NCBI GenBank assembly: GCA_027858735.1
Contig: JAQICC010000172.1
Coordinates: 8,201 to 72,200, forward strand
Reading direction: 5' to 3'
Length of the DNA: 64,000 nt
Source: Salinivirgaceae bacterium
Lineage (GTDB): Bacteria > Bacteroidota > Bacteroidia > Bacteroidales > SZUA-534
The notes beneath the pieces were generated by a model that made no database searches, was not told the origin of the DNA, and was given only the letters and a program-made list of their open reading frames with translations. How positions within the stretch are numbered: the first letter of the stretch is position 1; each line of letters begins with the position of its first letter. Positions 38,675-48,901 of this stretch are shown one piece after another. The position numbers and the translations under genes were made by a program.

Positions 38675-40090
38675 TTATTTAATAAAGTTTACCAAATTTA
38701 AAACATAAATGGTTAAAAAGCTTAGCAATAATCCTACAGCCCCAATAATAACTCCAACTTTTGCCATTTCACTGGTATTAACCGCACCTGTGCCATGCGC
38801 CAGTGCGTTAGGAGGCGTACTAATTGGCAACGACATGCCCATTGATGCTGCCAATGCTGCAACAATAATTAGGCTACTCAACCCACCATATCCGGCCAAA
38901 CTTGCAACTGATGTGCCTAATGCTGCTAAAATTGGCATTAAAAGGTTGGCAGATGCTGTGTGTGACATAAAGTTGGCCATTACAAGTGTTAACAATGCTG
39001 CTCCCCCAATTATTAAAAGCGGTGAAAAGTTTTCGAATGGAATACTGCTAATTAAGTTTTTGGCAAGTCCACTTTTTTCCATAGCAAGGCCAAGTGCAAT
39101 ACCCCCGGAAACCAACCAAAGTACATCCCAACTAATTTTTTTAAGGTCTTCTTTATTAATGATGCCTGTAATGGAAAATACAGCTACCGGAATCATGGCA
39201 ACAATGTATGAATTCATTCCATGCAAAAAGTCTGTAAGCCATAATAGTATTGTTATAGCAAAAGTTGCATATACAATATATGCCTTCTGATTTTTTATAA
39301 ATTTTCCTTTAATGTTTAGGGTAACTTTTGGTGTTGTGGCCGGATATAAAAAAGATAACAATCCCCATGCAAAGGCTAATAATATGACAACAAAGGGTAC
39401 ACCAAAACTCATCCATTCGCCAAAGCTAAGTGCCTCGCTACCTGTTAAATATTTTAAGGCAATGGCATTGGGTGGAGTTCCAATTGGAGTACCTATACCT
39501 CCAATATTTGCGGCTACCGGAACACTCAAAGCAAGCGCCACTCTACCCTTATCGTTTTGATCGTACAATGCTAAAACTGGGGTTAAAATGGCAAGCATCA
39601 TGGCTGTAGTTGCCGTGTTGCTCATAAACATCGATAATATTGCGGTAATTAGCATTAAGCCCAACATTACAAATTTGGGTTTATCGCCAAAAGGCTTAAT
39701 AATAATTCGAGCTAAGTTCAAATCAAGTCGGTATTTTGTTGCAGCCATTGCCAGAAAGAACCCGCCGGTAAATAGCATAATTATGGGCGAGGCAAAGGTT
39801 GAAAATATGGATTTGTAATTGAGCAATGTTCCAAACCCAGGATTACCTACATCGTTGCGAAAAAGGATAAATCCTTTGTTGGAGAGCATTATAAGCTCAA
39901 TTACAATAATAAGAACCGAAGTAGCATAAATTGGAATAGGTTCGAGTACCCAAAATAATGCTGCCAATACGAAAAGTGCTATAACACGTTTTTCAACTAT
40001 GGTTAAACCGGTAATTCCAAAACTTTCTGTAGGAATTAATAATATTAGTATTGAAACGGCAACTGAGACAAGAATTTTTACAAGACGCAT
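38675..40090 (-). CDS. SLC13/DASS family anion:sodium symporter
   Basis: 471 aa polytopic protein with duplicated hairpin motifs ...SNTATTAMM... and ...SHTASANLLMPI... typical of DASS permeases. Confidence 0.8.
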   Translation of the reverse strand: MRLVKILVSVAVSILILLIPTESFGITGLTIVEKRVIALFVLAALFWVLEPIPIYATSVLIIVIELIMLSNKGFILFRNDVGNPGFGTLLNYKSIFSTFASPIIMLFTGGFFLAMAATKYRLDLNLARIIIKPFGDKPKFVMLGLMLITAILSMFMSNTATTAMMLAILTPVLALYDQNDKGRVALALSVPVAANIGGIGTPIGTPPNAIALKYLTGSEALSFGEWMSFGVPFVVILLAFAWGLLSFLYPATTPKVTLNIKGKFIKNQKAYIVYATFAITILLWLTDFLHGMNSYIVAMIPVAVFSITGIINKEDLKKISWDVLWLVSGGIALGLAMEKSGLAKNLISSIPFENFSPLLIIGGAALLTLVMANFMSHTASANLLMPILAALGTSVASLAGYGGLSSLIIVAALAASMGMSLPISTPPNALAHGTGAVNTSEMAKVGVIIGAVGLLLSFLTIYVLNLVNFIK

Positions 40091-40119
40091 ATCAAGAATA
40101 TCTATAAAATTTGAAAGTG

Positions 40120-40127
40120 CAAAGTTA
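40120..40127 (-). promoter_or_regulatory. -7 promoter box (TAACTTTG on minus strand) for the DASS-kinase-regulator operon
   Basis: caaagtta, 30 nt upstream of ATG 40090. Confidence 0.4.
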
Positions 40128-40387
40128 CTAATTTGGTACTTTTGCAGGGTTGTATCAATAATTTAATTCAAACAAACGAAACAAAACAATTGTTTTTGTG
40201 CTTGACATGCCTTGAAAACCGAGAATCAATCGTTTGAAATTTTAATCATTGGTAGGAAAGAAATATTCATTTCTAGATATAATCTATACTCCTATAATCA
40301 CCATTTACCAATATTATTTCCTCATTCACCTTAAAATATTTTTTTAATTTAGATTGAATTTAAATTGCAGCATAAAATTCAACTAAA

Positions 40388-40951
40388 ATGGAAAACAAAA
40401 ATCATGTATGCCCACCATGGGTAGGAAAATTAATGGTAAATCCGTTACGAAAACTTTTTACCAACCCCGAATCGATTCTTTCAAAATTTATTGAATCTGG
40501 TTATAAGATTATTGAAATTGGACCTGGTATGGGATTCTTTAGCCTACCTATGGCAAAACAAACGGGTAGTAATGGAATGGTATATTGTGTAGATATTCAG
40601 GAAGACATGCTTAATAATCTTGAAAAAAGAGCAGTAAAAGCAGGGGTTAACGAGCAAATAACAACGCTTTTAAGTTCTGAGAACTCTTTGGAAATAAAGC
40701 ATCTAGAAAATAAAATAGATTTTGGACTTTTGTTTGCAGTAGTGCACGAAATACCAAATAAAGAATTGCTTTTTCAAGAATTGGCTTTTGTGTTAAAACA
40801 GGGAAGTAAAATACTATTTGCTGAACCCAAAGGGCATGTACTACTTATAAATTGGAGCAGAAGTTTGGAATTTGCCATAAAGGCTGGTTTTAAAGTTGAA
40901 AATGCTGAAAAAATTAACGGAAGTCATTCAGCGTTGTTGATAAAATTATAA
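40388..40951 (+). CDS. Class I SAM-dependent methyltransferase
   Basis: Motif I IIEIGPGMGFFS and acidic loop VYCVDIQ. Confidence 0.75.
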   Translation: MENKNHVCPPWVGKLMVNPLRKLFTNPESILSKFIESGYKIIEIGPGMGFFSLPMAKQTGSNGMVYCVDIQEDMLNNLEKRAVKAGVNEQITTLLSSENSLEIKHLENKIDFGLLFAVVHEIPNKELLFQELAFVLKQGSKILFAEPKGHVLLINWSRSLEFAIKAGFKVENAEKINGSHSALLIKL

Positions 40952-40959
40952 TAAAAGTG

Positions 40960-41007
40960 CATTTCCGAGTAAAGCGGTTCGTTACCATACCGCTCTACTC
41001 GGAAATG
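40960..41007 (+). terminator. Long hairpin after the methyltransferase gene (terminator or REP-like)
   Basis: catttccgagtaaagcgg ... ccgctctactcggaaatg, an 18-bp imperfect stem. Confidence 0.35.
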
Positions 41008-41150
41008 GCTTAATAATTTGTTACTTGTAACAAATAGTGGAAATATGATTTAGTTAAGGCAGGAAGCTTTCACACTAAGGAACCGTCAAGAAATAAACTG
41101 CCCAGTTAGTCTTAATATTTTTATGCTCCCTTTCTTGCTTGACAGTTCCT

Positions 41151-41282
41151 AAGAGGGTGTCTTAAAAATCTTTGTGTTATAAATTTAAAATGTGTTACTC
41201 AGAGGTTCTCAAAGTTTGCACCAAATTACACAGAGTGAAAACTGTTTTGCTTAAAGTAAACCAATATTTTTAGCACCCTCTT
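41151..41282. repeat. REP/MITE-like Bacteroidota repeat (CTTTGTGTTATAA ... CACAGAG core) with AAGAGGGTG terminal inverted repeats
   Basis: aagagggtg at 41151 and caccctctt at 41274-41282. The core is shared with 43770-43925. Confidence 0.6.
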
Positions 41283-41355
41283 TTGGTGTAAATATTCGTA
41301 ATTAAAACACATTTCTAATGGAGGTTAGTATGAATTTAAATGGTATTATTTCAGC

Positions 41356-43620
41356 CTATATCCCTTTATTAAATTGAACCTTAGTTGTTGGATGAAAGCA
41401 ATGCTCTATTTCGTGTGCTGCATTCTCATGACCTGCTATATGGTTTTTAAACAGCGAAATAATCTGAGATTTATCGAGAGTGCTTTTTGTTTTAGTTTGA
41501 ATGTTTCTTAAATCAATAAAAAAGCTTGAAAAAGTGTTGGGTATTTGGCTAACAATATCAGTATTCAAAAAGTTAGCATCATTATAAATACTATGAAGGT
41601 TTCCTTTTGATTTTTCAATAAACAGTGTGCCGTTTTTTAAATTTGTTATACTTGATCGCTTTTCACATTGTGAAATACATATACCATCAATTATGGTCTT
41701 TTTACAACCCGTTACCTGATGAAAAAAACACTGCCTACTAGTCATAAGCATAATAGGATGATAAATACTGTAGAATAGTTTGAAGTTTTCGGGCTTTTTA
41801 ATACTCCTTATCTGTTGTTTGTTAATTTCGTTTGAAATAAATGCCCCAGCACAAGAAAAGTTTTCTTTTAAACTTTGTAAGCTATATGAATTAACTATGT
41901 TGAGAAATGGGCCTGCTATCCATTCAATTCCTTTTTCATAAGCTTTGTAAGCAATACCAGTATTATTTGTTACAATACGTTTGGGTTTTACATGATTAAT
42001 AAATTGTACAGCAGCTCTATAATCTTCACCTATTAAAATTGAAGGAAACCAAGGAATTAGTTTTTCGTTTTTAATAAACAAGTCAACCAACTCGGCAACT
42101 TTATTTGTAAAGCAATTGGGTAGTTGAAAATAAACATCAGCAGTGGTATTATTACAGAGATTCAGATCTTTTTCAGATGATATTAGAATTGAAAGACTGG
42201 GTTTGGTAATTTTATTGGTATGCTTTTTTAAAACAGGTACCTCAATTGGCTCAATATTTTCCTTTGAACCGTTCAAAATAAATAATATTCTGTTTTTTAA
42301 AGATGTGAGTTCTTTAAAGGGTATAAAAACATTATTTTCCAAATGCTCTAATTCCAGCTGCTCAATAAAATATTCAGTATTATTTATTGCCTTAAGTCTT
42401 TTTAACAAGCTATCGTAATCTAAACTAGAGGTTTGGGTTTTTGTTAGTTTAGTTTCTGAATATAGAACAAAGGAATTGTCAGGTGTATTAATTAAAACTT
42501 TTAGCTGCGTGTCAGATTGCCCCGAAATAGTAATTAATAAAGGAACCTTTTCACTACTTAAACCATCTATTTTAGTTCTAACATTAGAAATAATTTCGCT
42601 TCTTTCATCGTAAATTTCTTTTTTTGCGATTTCAAGATTTTCATCAGATACGCCTCCACTTATTTCCGCTAAATGAATTGCCGAATGATCACGAGGATTA
42701 TCAATAAACATGTTTTTATCGATATCGCCCTTTAAAAAAGAATTTGAAAAATCACGGTTGAATACTTTGTAAAGAATACTATTATCGGAATCTAAATTGG
42801 TTTTGTTGTAAATGCTTTGAATCTGTTTTTTATAAGCATCTACTATCGTATATACATAGTGAAATTTTTTTATTCGCCCTTCAATTTTTATCGAGTCAAC
42901 CTTGGCATTATATAGCTCTGGTAGATTTAAATATGCTGAATTATCTTTAAGGTTTAACGGAAAGTTATTGCCCTCAGGTGTTGTTACGTATTCATCGCGG
43001 CAAGGTTGGCTGCATCGGCCACGGTTGCCTGAGTTTCCACTTTGTACCGAGCTTATATAACAAAGCCCTGAGAAAGATATACAATATGAACCATGCACAA
43101 ATACTTCGGTTAAAACCTTGTTTTTATGAGCTGTTGAGCTTAAGGTTTTTATTTCATGCAAATTTAACTCACGCGATAAATTAACTCGTGTGGCATTAAG
43201 TTTACTAAAAAATTGTATGTGGCCTTCATTATGAGCTGTAACTTGGGTAGATGCATGTATTTTAAGACTTTTGAAATACTTTGACAACAAATAAAACATA
43301 CCCAAATCTTGAACAATTACGCCATCGATACTTGTATTAACCAGTTTATTCAGTAAGGTAAAAAGGGCAGGTATTTCATTCTCAATTATTAGGGTATTTA
43401 GAGTAAGAAAAACTTCGCAATTGTTATTATGGGCTAGTCTCAATATTCCCTGCAAATTATCAAAAGAGATATTTGCAGCTCGGTTTCGAGCATTAAATTT
43501 ATCAAGTCCACAGTATATGGCATCAGCACCAGCAATTATAGCAGCTTTTATGGAATCAACGTCTCCACCGGGAGCTAACAATTCCATACTATGATTCATA
43601 TTTTTATACTCTTTCTCCAC
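41356..43620 (-). CDS. Peptidase U32 family protein with long C-terminal extension
   Basis: MELLAPGGDVDSIKAAIIAGADAIYCG and EVFVHGSYCISFSGLCYIS motifs. The true start may be an internal ATG (MNHSMELL...). Confidence 0.8.
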   Translation of the reverse strand: MEKEYKNMNHSMELLAPGGDVDSIKAAIIAGADAIYCGLDKFNARNRAANISFDNLQGILRLAHNNNCEVFLTLNTLIIENEIPALFTLLNKLVNTSIDGVIVQDLGMFYLLSKYFKSLKIHASTQVTAHNEGHIQFFSKLNATRVNLSRELNLHEIKTLSSTAHKNKVLTEVFVHGSYCISFSGLCYISSVQSGNSGNRGRCSQPCRDEYVTTPEGNNFPLNLKDNSAYLNLPELYNAKVDSIKIEGRIKKFHYVYTIVDAYKKQIQSIYNKTNLDSDNSILYKVFNRDFSNSFLKGDIDKNMFIDNPRDHSAIHLAEISGGVSDENLEIAKKEIYDERSEIISNVRTKIDGLSSEKVPLLITISGQSDTQLKVLINTPDNSFVLYSETKLTKTQTSSLDYDSLLKRLKAINNTEYFIEQLELEHLENNVFIPFKELTSLKNRILFILNGSKENIEPIEVPVLKKHTNKITKPSLSILISSEKDLNLCNNTTADVYFQLPNCFTNKVAELVDLFIKNEKLIPWFPSILIGEDYRAAVQFINHVKPKRIVTNNTGIAYKAYEKGIEWIAGPFLNIVNSYSLQSLKENFSCAGAFISNEINKQQIRSIKKPENFKLFYSIYHPIMLMTSRQCFFHQVTGCKKTIIDGICISQCEKRSSITNLKNGTLFIEKSKGNLHSIYNDANFLNTDIVSQIPNTFSSFFIDLRNIQTKTKSTLDKSQIISLFKNHIAGHENAAHEIEHCFHPTTKVQFNKGI

Positions 43621-43769
43621 ACTCGTTTACAAGGCTGCGAAGATGCAAAATATATTTGGAATGAAGTTTTTATTTATGAATTACCTAATGTTGGCTGTTA
43701 GGCCTTGACTGCTAGTGATATATTCTTTTAACCTGATGATTTAAGGAGTTAAATGAGGGGCTATAAAAA

Positions 43770-43925
43770 GCCTTTGTGTGTCTCTTTTTTTACACTCTGT
43801 GAACCTTTGTGTTATAATTTTTTTAAAAAACTGTTACACAGAGTTTCACAAAGAAGGTACGAAGTCGCACAGAGGTAAAAACAATTTTTGTTTCTAGTTT
43901 TATGTGCTTTTTAGACACCCCTTTT
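43770..43925. repeat. Second copy of the REP/MITE-like repeat, same orientation as 41151-41282
   Basis: cctttgtgttataattttttt...ctgttacacagagtttcacaaag...gcacagaggtaaaaac parallels the first copy. Confidence 0.6.
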
Positions 43926-44071
43926 TACCCAATGGTAAAAGTTTTATAACGCCAGGTTCCCCGCATCTTGCTTTGTATAATTATCTCTTTCCATTTTGTT
44001 ACCTCATCAGCTTGCTGCGAGGTTGTTCTTTATTTTTTCAGCTCATTAATATAATTTAGGTAGCGGATAAT

Positions 44072-44800
44072 TTATACCCTTTTCATGGTTCTTTTAAACG
44101 CCACAATTGCCAATAAAAATAAAACAATACAATAGGCTAAAACAACATAAAAATCTATAGCAATATCTGTAAATTTCGAACCCGATAGTAGAGCCTTTGT
44201 GGCATCAACGGCATGGGCAAAGGGCAGCGCATAGCCAATGGTCTCAAATATTCCACCTATCATTTTTAAATCCATCCAGGCACCACAAAAAAGGCTAATA
44301 ACCGTAATTAATAGTGAGCCTACCCCCGATACTTGATTTACAGTAAGCATTGAACCCAATAGTACGCCAAGGCTAATGCAGGTTAAAGCAATTAACAAAA
44401 AAAGTAATAAAGCAGCCATTAAATTTGAGAATGAAGCTCCAAGTATAGTTCCTGCTCCAATACAAATAAGAATTTGGAAAAAAGCTAGAGGTAAAAATGG
44501 TAAAATGTAAGCTTTAATATAATCCGATGCCTTAAGTGGAGTAGAAAAAAGCCGTATTAAAAATGCACTTTTCTTGTCTTTTGCAAGTAAAATAGAGGAG
44601 AACATTATTAAGAAGGAAAAGCTAAATATTATAATCCCGGGAGTTAAATATTGAGGTTTAAAAATATCGATTGCTATGTTTTTTTGAATGGAGGAAAACA
44701 GAACTAACAAAAATACGGGCATCACTAAACCTAGTAAAATAGAAACAGGATCGCGGTAAATCTCCTTTAAATTTCGACTGGCTAAACTATAGAATTTCAT
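44072..44800 (-). CDS. ABC-2 type transporter permease
   Basis: 242 aa, 6 helices. 4-nt overlap with the upstream ATPase gene. Confidence 0.7.
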   Translation of the reverse strand: MKFYSLASRNLKEIYRDPVSILLGLVMPVFLLVLFSSIQKNIAIDIFKPQYLTPGIIIFSFSFLIMFSSILLAKDKKSAFLIRLFSTPLKASDYIKAYILPFLPLAFFQILICIGAGTILGASFSNLMAALLLFLLIALTCISLGVLLGSMLTVNQVSGVGSLLITVISLFCGAWMDLKMIGGIFETIGYALPFAHAVDATKALLSGSKFTDIAIDFYVVLAYCIVLFLLAIVAFKRTMKRV

Positions 44801-45723
44801 GAATTAGCCTCCTTTGCTGTTAAACGAAGAAAAACATCATCAAGCGACGGTTCTTTCATTTGAATATTATTTATTATCACCTTGTTTTGTCGAAGAATAT
44901 CAATAAGAGAATAAAAATCAAGATCTTGGCTTCTAACTTCTAAGGTGTTACCTTTTATAGCTGCGTCAAGATCTTTGCTTTTAAGGATTTCAATAATTTC
45001 AGTAGAAATATTATCTCCCGATATTTTAAGTATTTGTAAATTGGAGTGTCTATTCTTTAATTCTTGTGAAGTGCCCATTTCTATTATATTGCCTTCATCC
45101 ATTATCGCTATTTTATCTGCCAGTGCATCGGCTTCCTCCAAATAGTGTGTGGTGAGCAATATAGTTTTTTCTTTTTTTAATTTTTCAATGTAATTCCAAA
45201 CCGATTTTCGTGCATGAGGGTCAAGACCTAGAGTCGGTTCATCAAGAAAAAGTATTTGTGGATCAGACATTAAAGCCATGGCAATGCTAAGCCTTCGCTG
45301 CAAACCTCCCGAAAGCTTTCTCGATTGGTCTCTTCTATCTTCAAGCTCCATTAATTCCATAAGGTTTTGTGCCCGTTTTTTCGATTCTTCCTTTTTTAAA
45401 CCAAAGATACCACCCATTAAAAGAAGGTTTTCTTTGGTGTTTAAATGTTCAGCAATAGCCGTTTCTTGTGGCGACACACCAATTATCTCCTTTATTTTTT
45501 GAGGATCGTGATCGATGTTGAAATCCATTACTGATGCAATTCCAGATGTAGGTTGCAATAAACAAGACAACATTTTAATGGTGGTTGTTTTGCCTGCCCC
45601 ATTGGTGCCAAGTAGAGAGAAAATTTCACCTTGTTTAATTTCAATATTTAATTTATTAACCGCAATTCTATTCCCAAAAGTTTTGCATAGCTGATTTGTT
45701 TTTATGGCAATTTTGTTGTCCAT
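44797..45723 (-). CDS. ABC transporter ATP-binding protein
   Basis: Walker A GTNGAGKTT, signature LSGGLQRRL, Walker B ILFLDEPTLGLD. Confidence 0.9.
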   Translation of the reverse strand: MDNKIAIKTNQLCKTFGNRIAVNKLNIEIKQGEIFSLLGTNGAGKTTTIKMLSCLLQPTSGIASVMDFNIDHDPQKIKEIIGVSPQETAIAEHLNTKENLLLMGGIFGLKKEESKKRAQNLMELMELEDRRDQSRKLSGGLQRRLSIAMALMSDPQILFLDEPTLGLDPHARKSVWNYIEKLKKEKTILLTTHYLEEADALADKIAIMDEGNIIEMGTSQELKNRHSNLQILKISGDNISTEIIEILKSKDLDAAIKGNTLEVRSQDLDFYSLIDILRQNKVIINNIQMKEPSLDDVFLRLTAKEANS

Positions 45724-45770
45724 GTGGTTGTTTTTTTATTTTTTGACTTGATTTAATATCATTTTAAAGT

Positions 45771-46523
45771 TTATTTATCGAGCCATGCTTTAAAATCATT
45801 CACACGTTCGCGGCTAACAATAATATCTGTATCAATTTCGGGCTTTAGCTTAAGTTTCAGTCGACTGTTGAAATACCTGTGTATTTGATTAATTGCAGGT
45901 AAGCTGACTATAAATTTACGATTTATTCTAAAAAATGCCAAAGGGTCAACTTCCTTATCAAGTTGTTCAATAGTGTAATCGAGCATATAGCGTTTGCCAT
46001 TCTGCATAAAAGCAAAAACCACACCTTCGTCGTTTATAAAGTAAGCAATATCCGCGGTATTTATATGCTTTAGTTGTTCGCCTATTTTTACCAAAAAGCG
46101 TTGCTTGTGAGGTTTAAGCATATGGTTAAGCAGTACTTTATATATGGAGTTATCGGTTTCAGGTTTTGGTGATAGTTTCTCGAATTTATGAATGGCAGCT
46201 TCCAAATCAGCATAATCAATAGGTTTTAGCAAATAGTCAACACTATTTACTTTAAAGGCCTGAATGGCATACTGGTCGTAAGCAGTTGTGAATATTATAG
46301 GTGCATCTATATTGATTTCCTTAAAAATTTCAAAGCTTGTACCATCAGTAAGTTGGATATCCATGAAAACCAGATCGGGTTTGGGGTTGCTTTTAAACCA
46401 ATTAACACCCTGCTTAACCGATTCAATAATGTTTAAAACTTCAATTTCAGCAGAATATTTTTCTAATAATTTAACGAGTCTTTCGCCTGTTAAGGGTTCA
46501 TCTTCAAATATCAATACCTTCAT
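45771..46523 (-). CDS. LytR/AlgR (LytTR) family response regulator
   Basis: Receiver domain (VLIFEDE, FMDIQLTDG) plus C-terminal LytTR DNA-binding domain (FFRINRKFIVSL). Confidence 0.85.
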   Translation of the reverse strand: MKVLIFEDEPLTGERLVKLLEKYSAEIEVLNIIESVKQGVNWFKSNPKPDLVFMDIQLTDGTSFEIFKEINIDAPIIFTTAYDQYAIQAFKVNSVDYLLKPIDYADLEAAIHKFEKLSPKPETDNSIYKVLLNHMLKPHKQRFLVKIGEQLKHINTADIAYFINDEGVVFAFMQNGKRYMLDYTIEQLDKEVDPLAFFRINRKFIVSLPAINQIHRYFNSRLKLKLKPEIDTDIIVSRERVNDFKAWLDK

Positions 46524-47577
46524 AATCGCTTAAATTATATTTTGGTAAAACAACCGTAAAACTATCTTTGTCTTTGTTTATCTCAATCTTTTTATTTGCC
46601 AAAAGTTCATACCTAAGTTTAATATTTTCTAATCCAATACCTGAGCTTTCCCCAATGTTTACCTTGCTATCTAAATTATTTGTTATAATAAAATTGTTTT
46701 CGTCTTCAGAAATAGAAATGTTTAACGGATTTTCGCTTGAAAACTTATTGTGTTTTATAGCGTTTTCTACGAGCATCTGTAAAGTGTTAGGAGGTATATA
46801 GCTATTTGTTTTGCTTGCTTCTGATAGTTCAATTTTAAAACTTATGCGGTCTTTAAACCGTATGTTCATTAGGAAAATATATGAATCTAAAAACTTCAAC
46901 TCCTTCTCAAGCTCTACCAGGCTGTTGTTATCTTTATCGAGCATATACCTGTACATTTTTGAAAGTTGGGTTACATACTCGGCCGATAAATCGGCATCTT
47001 TATACACCAGAGTGGTTAATACACTTAAACTGTTAAAGAAAAAGTGTGGGTCTATCTGGTTTTTTAACACTTCGTATTTCGACTGAATGTTTTCCTTTTT
47101 TAACTGTTCATTGAGTATTTTTTCTTCCTGTAGATTCCGGTAATAATAGATATAACCCTGTATTACTATTAAAATTAAATAAAACTGAAAAGTGCCGAAA
47201 TTCATTTCATACATTATAAAAGGAATTCCACCTGGCCACTCATAGTTTTGTTTAAAAACAATAAAATCAAGAATATAATATATCGAACTATGGGATAACG
47301 AAACAAAAATACCATAGAAGAAGAATACTAATATTAACAGAGGTGTTCTTTTCGGTAATGAAATTTTCTGTAAATATTTTTTATCTAAAACTGTATAAAT
47401 TAGGGCTCCAAGTTTCCACATTAGTATGCAGAATGCAATAAAGCTAACATATGCAATTTTATCTCGAGTATTAGGTAGTATAAAACTGCTTGAAAGAGAA
47501 GGATCATAAAAGCTATACAAAAAGTATAAACCACTGAAAATTACAATTCGGGTAATATATTTGATGAAGGTTTGCAT
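46504..47577 (-). CDS. LytS-type membrane sensor histidine kinase
   Basis: Four N-terminal TM helices, His_kinase box IDPHFFFNSLSVL, ATPase N-box ENAIKHN. Overlaps the regulator gene by 20 nt. Confidence 0.8.
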   Translation of the reverse strand: MQTFIKYITRIVIFSGLYFLYSFYDPSLSSSFILPNTRDKIAYVSFIAFCILMWKLGALIYTVLDKKYLQKISLPKRTPLLILVFFFYGIFVSLSHSSIYYILDFIVFKQNYEWPGGIPFIMYEMNFGTFQFYLILIVIQGYIYYYRNLQEEKILNEQLKKENIQSKYEVLKNQIDPHFFFNSLSVLTTLVYKDADLSAEYVTQLSKMYRYMLDKDNNSLVELEKELKFLDSYIFLMNIRFKDRISFKIELSEASKTNSYIPPNTLQMLVENAIKHNKFSSENPLNISISEDENNFIITNNLDSKVNIGESSGIGLENIKLRYELLANKKIEINKDKDSFTVVLPKYNLSDYEGIDI

Positions 47578-47760
47578 TTTTGATTCTTTTTAAATAACGT
47601 TATACTAAACAAATAAAGCCAGATTAAAAATATTAGAGCCTTATTTCTATTTAAAATTGCACAAATATATGTTAATAGCAAAAAGTAATTTTGTGGATTG
47701 TTGAATTACTAAGTTGAAATGTAACTTGATCAAGTAATATGCCTTATACCATGAATTAAC

Positions 47761-48564
47761 TTATCCAAAATTTGGACCTAAGCGGCTGAAAATCATTTTT
47801 GGTTGCCATTCTACATTAATTCCATAAACCATTCGTGTACCTCGAGAAGGAATTTCAACAAAACCGTTTTGTGTTAAGTATTTAATACCAGCTTTATTTT
47901 CTAAAGGTAAAACTGCCTTATCAGTGGTGTTATATTTTACTTTCATAAGTTCTTCACCGGTAATTTTATCTTCAGCAATTATTACTCCTTCTCCTAAATT
48001 AGGAAGAAAATAGCCTTTAACTTGATTTTTATCAAGGTATACCAATGCATTATTTAAACGTAGTTTCAGTAAAGCTTCACGATTTTCGGCAGTTGCTTTT
48101 AAATCGAGAGCAAGTAGTGGTTTTATATGATTTATGCTGAATGGTTTAATATTCGCTGATTGCTTAAACTCTTGAAATTCTTTATCTTTTTTAAGATAAG
48201 CATAAGGCGATATATTTTTAAACCCAAGTCTTTCATAAACAGAAGCACCCATTTCGGTGGCGCTTAAAAGACATGTAAAAATACCTTTACTTTTAGCATG
48301 CTTAATTAGTTGGTCAACAATGGCATTGCCAATTCCTTTTCTTCTATGATTATGAGCTACAATTATATGAGCAATCCAACAAGTGTTTTGAAATAAAATT
48401 GCAGAACCAACGCCTGCAATATCGTTGTCAATTTCAACTTTTAGTGGAATGCAAAAATCTGATTCTGTGTAAAGCTTGAAATCAATAAGAATATCAGACC
48501 AGCCTTCGGGTTGAAGCGATTTGATTTTAGTAAGATCGTTTGGTGTAATGATTTCGAATTGCAT
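47761..48564 (-). CDS. GNAT family N-acetyltransferase
   Basis: Acetyl-CoA loop HRRKGIGNAIVDQL. 267 aa. Confidence 0.75.
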   Translation of the reverse strand: MQFEIITPNDLTKIKSLQPEGWSDILIDFKLYTESDFCIPLKVEIDNDIAGVGSAILFQNTCWIAHIIVAHNHRRKGIGNAIVDQLIKHAKSKGIFTCLLSATEMGASVYERLGFKNISPYAYLKKDKEFQEFKQSANIKPFSINHIKPLLALDLKATAENREALLKLRLNNALVYLDKNQVKGYFLPNLGEGVIIAEDKITGEELMKVKYNTTDKAVLPLENKAGIKYLTQNGFVEIPSRGTRMVYGINVEWQPKMIFSRLGPNFG

Positions 48565-48600
48565 TTCTTTTGATTGATTATTGCTGTTTGTTGTGTGAAG

Positions 48601-48901
48601 CTATTCTTCACTCTTATTTTCAGTGTCCATACCTTGATGTAACACTCTAGCTATTTCAGTTACGTCATCTTTAGCTTTTTTATAATAAATTCTATGTGAT
48701 TTAACAATAGATGATCTATATCCCTTTAATATAATCAACAGGTTGACCGACTTTGAAATTTGCAGCTATAAATTCTATTTTACTTAGAATCAAAGTGTAA
48801 TATCTATCTGCCTATTCTTTTGACCATTTGTTAAAAGTATAAAACCAAATTTTATCTAAATCTATTAGTGCCTATGCACTTATTCTAAAATTTAATTTCA
48901 T
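48601..48901 (-). pseudogene. ParE/RelE-type toxin pseudogene (two in-frame TAG codons plus one frameshift)
   Basis: Minus strand reads MKLNFRISA*ALIDLDKIWFYTFNKWSKE*ADRYYTLILSKIEFIAANFKVGQPVDYIKG, then a frameshift, then YRSSIVKSHRIYYKKAKDDVTEIARVLHQGMDTENKSEE*. The 301-nt length is not a multiple of 3. Confidence 0.7.

Noticed and set aside
38709-39818. Antisense ORFs (193, 82 and 76 aa) inside the DASS transporter gene
   Set aside because: Gly/Ala/Pro/Ile-rich translations are typical of the reverse strand of a membrane-protein gene. The sense ORF has clear family motifs.
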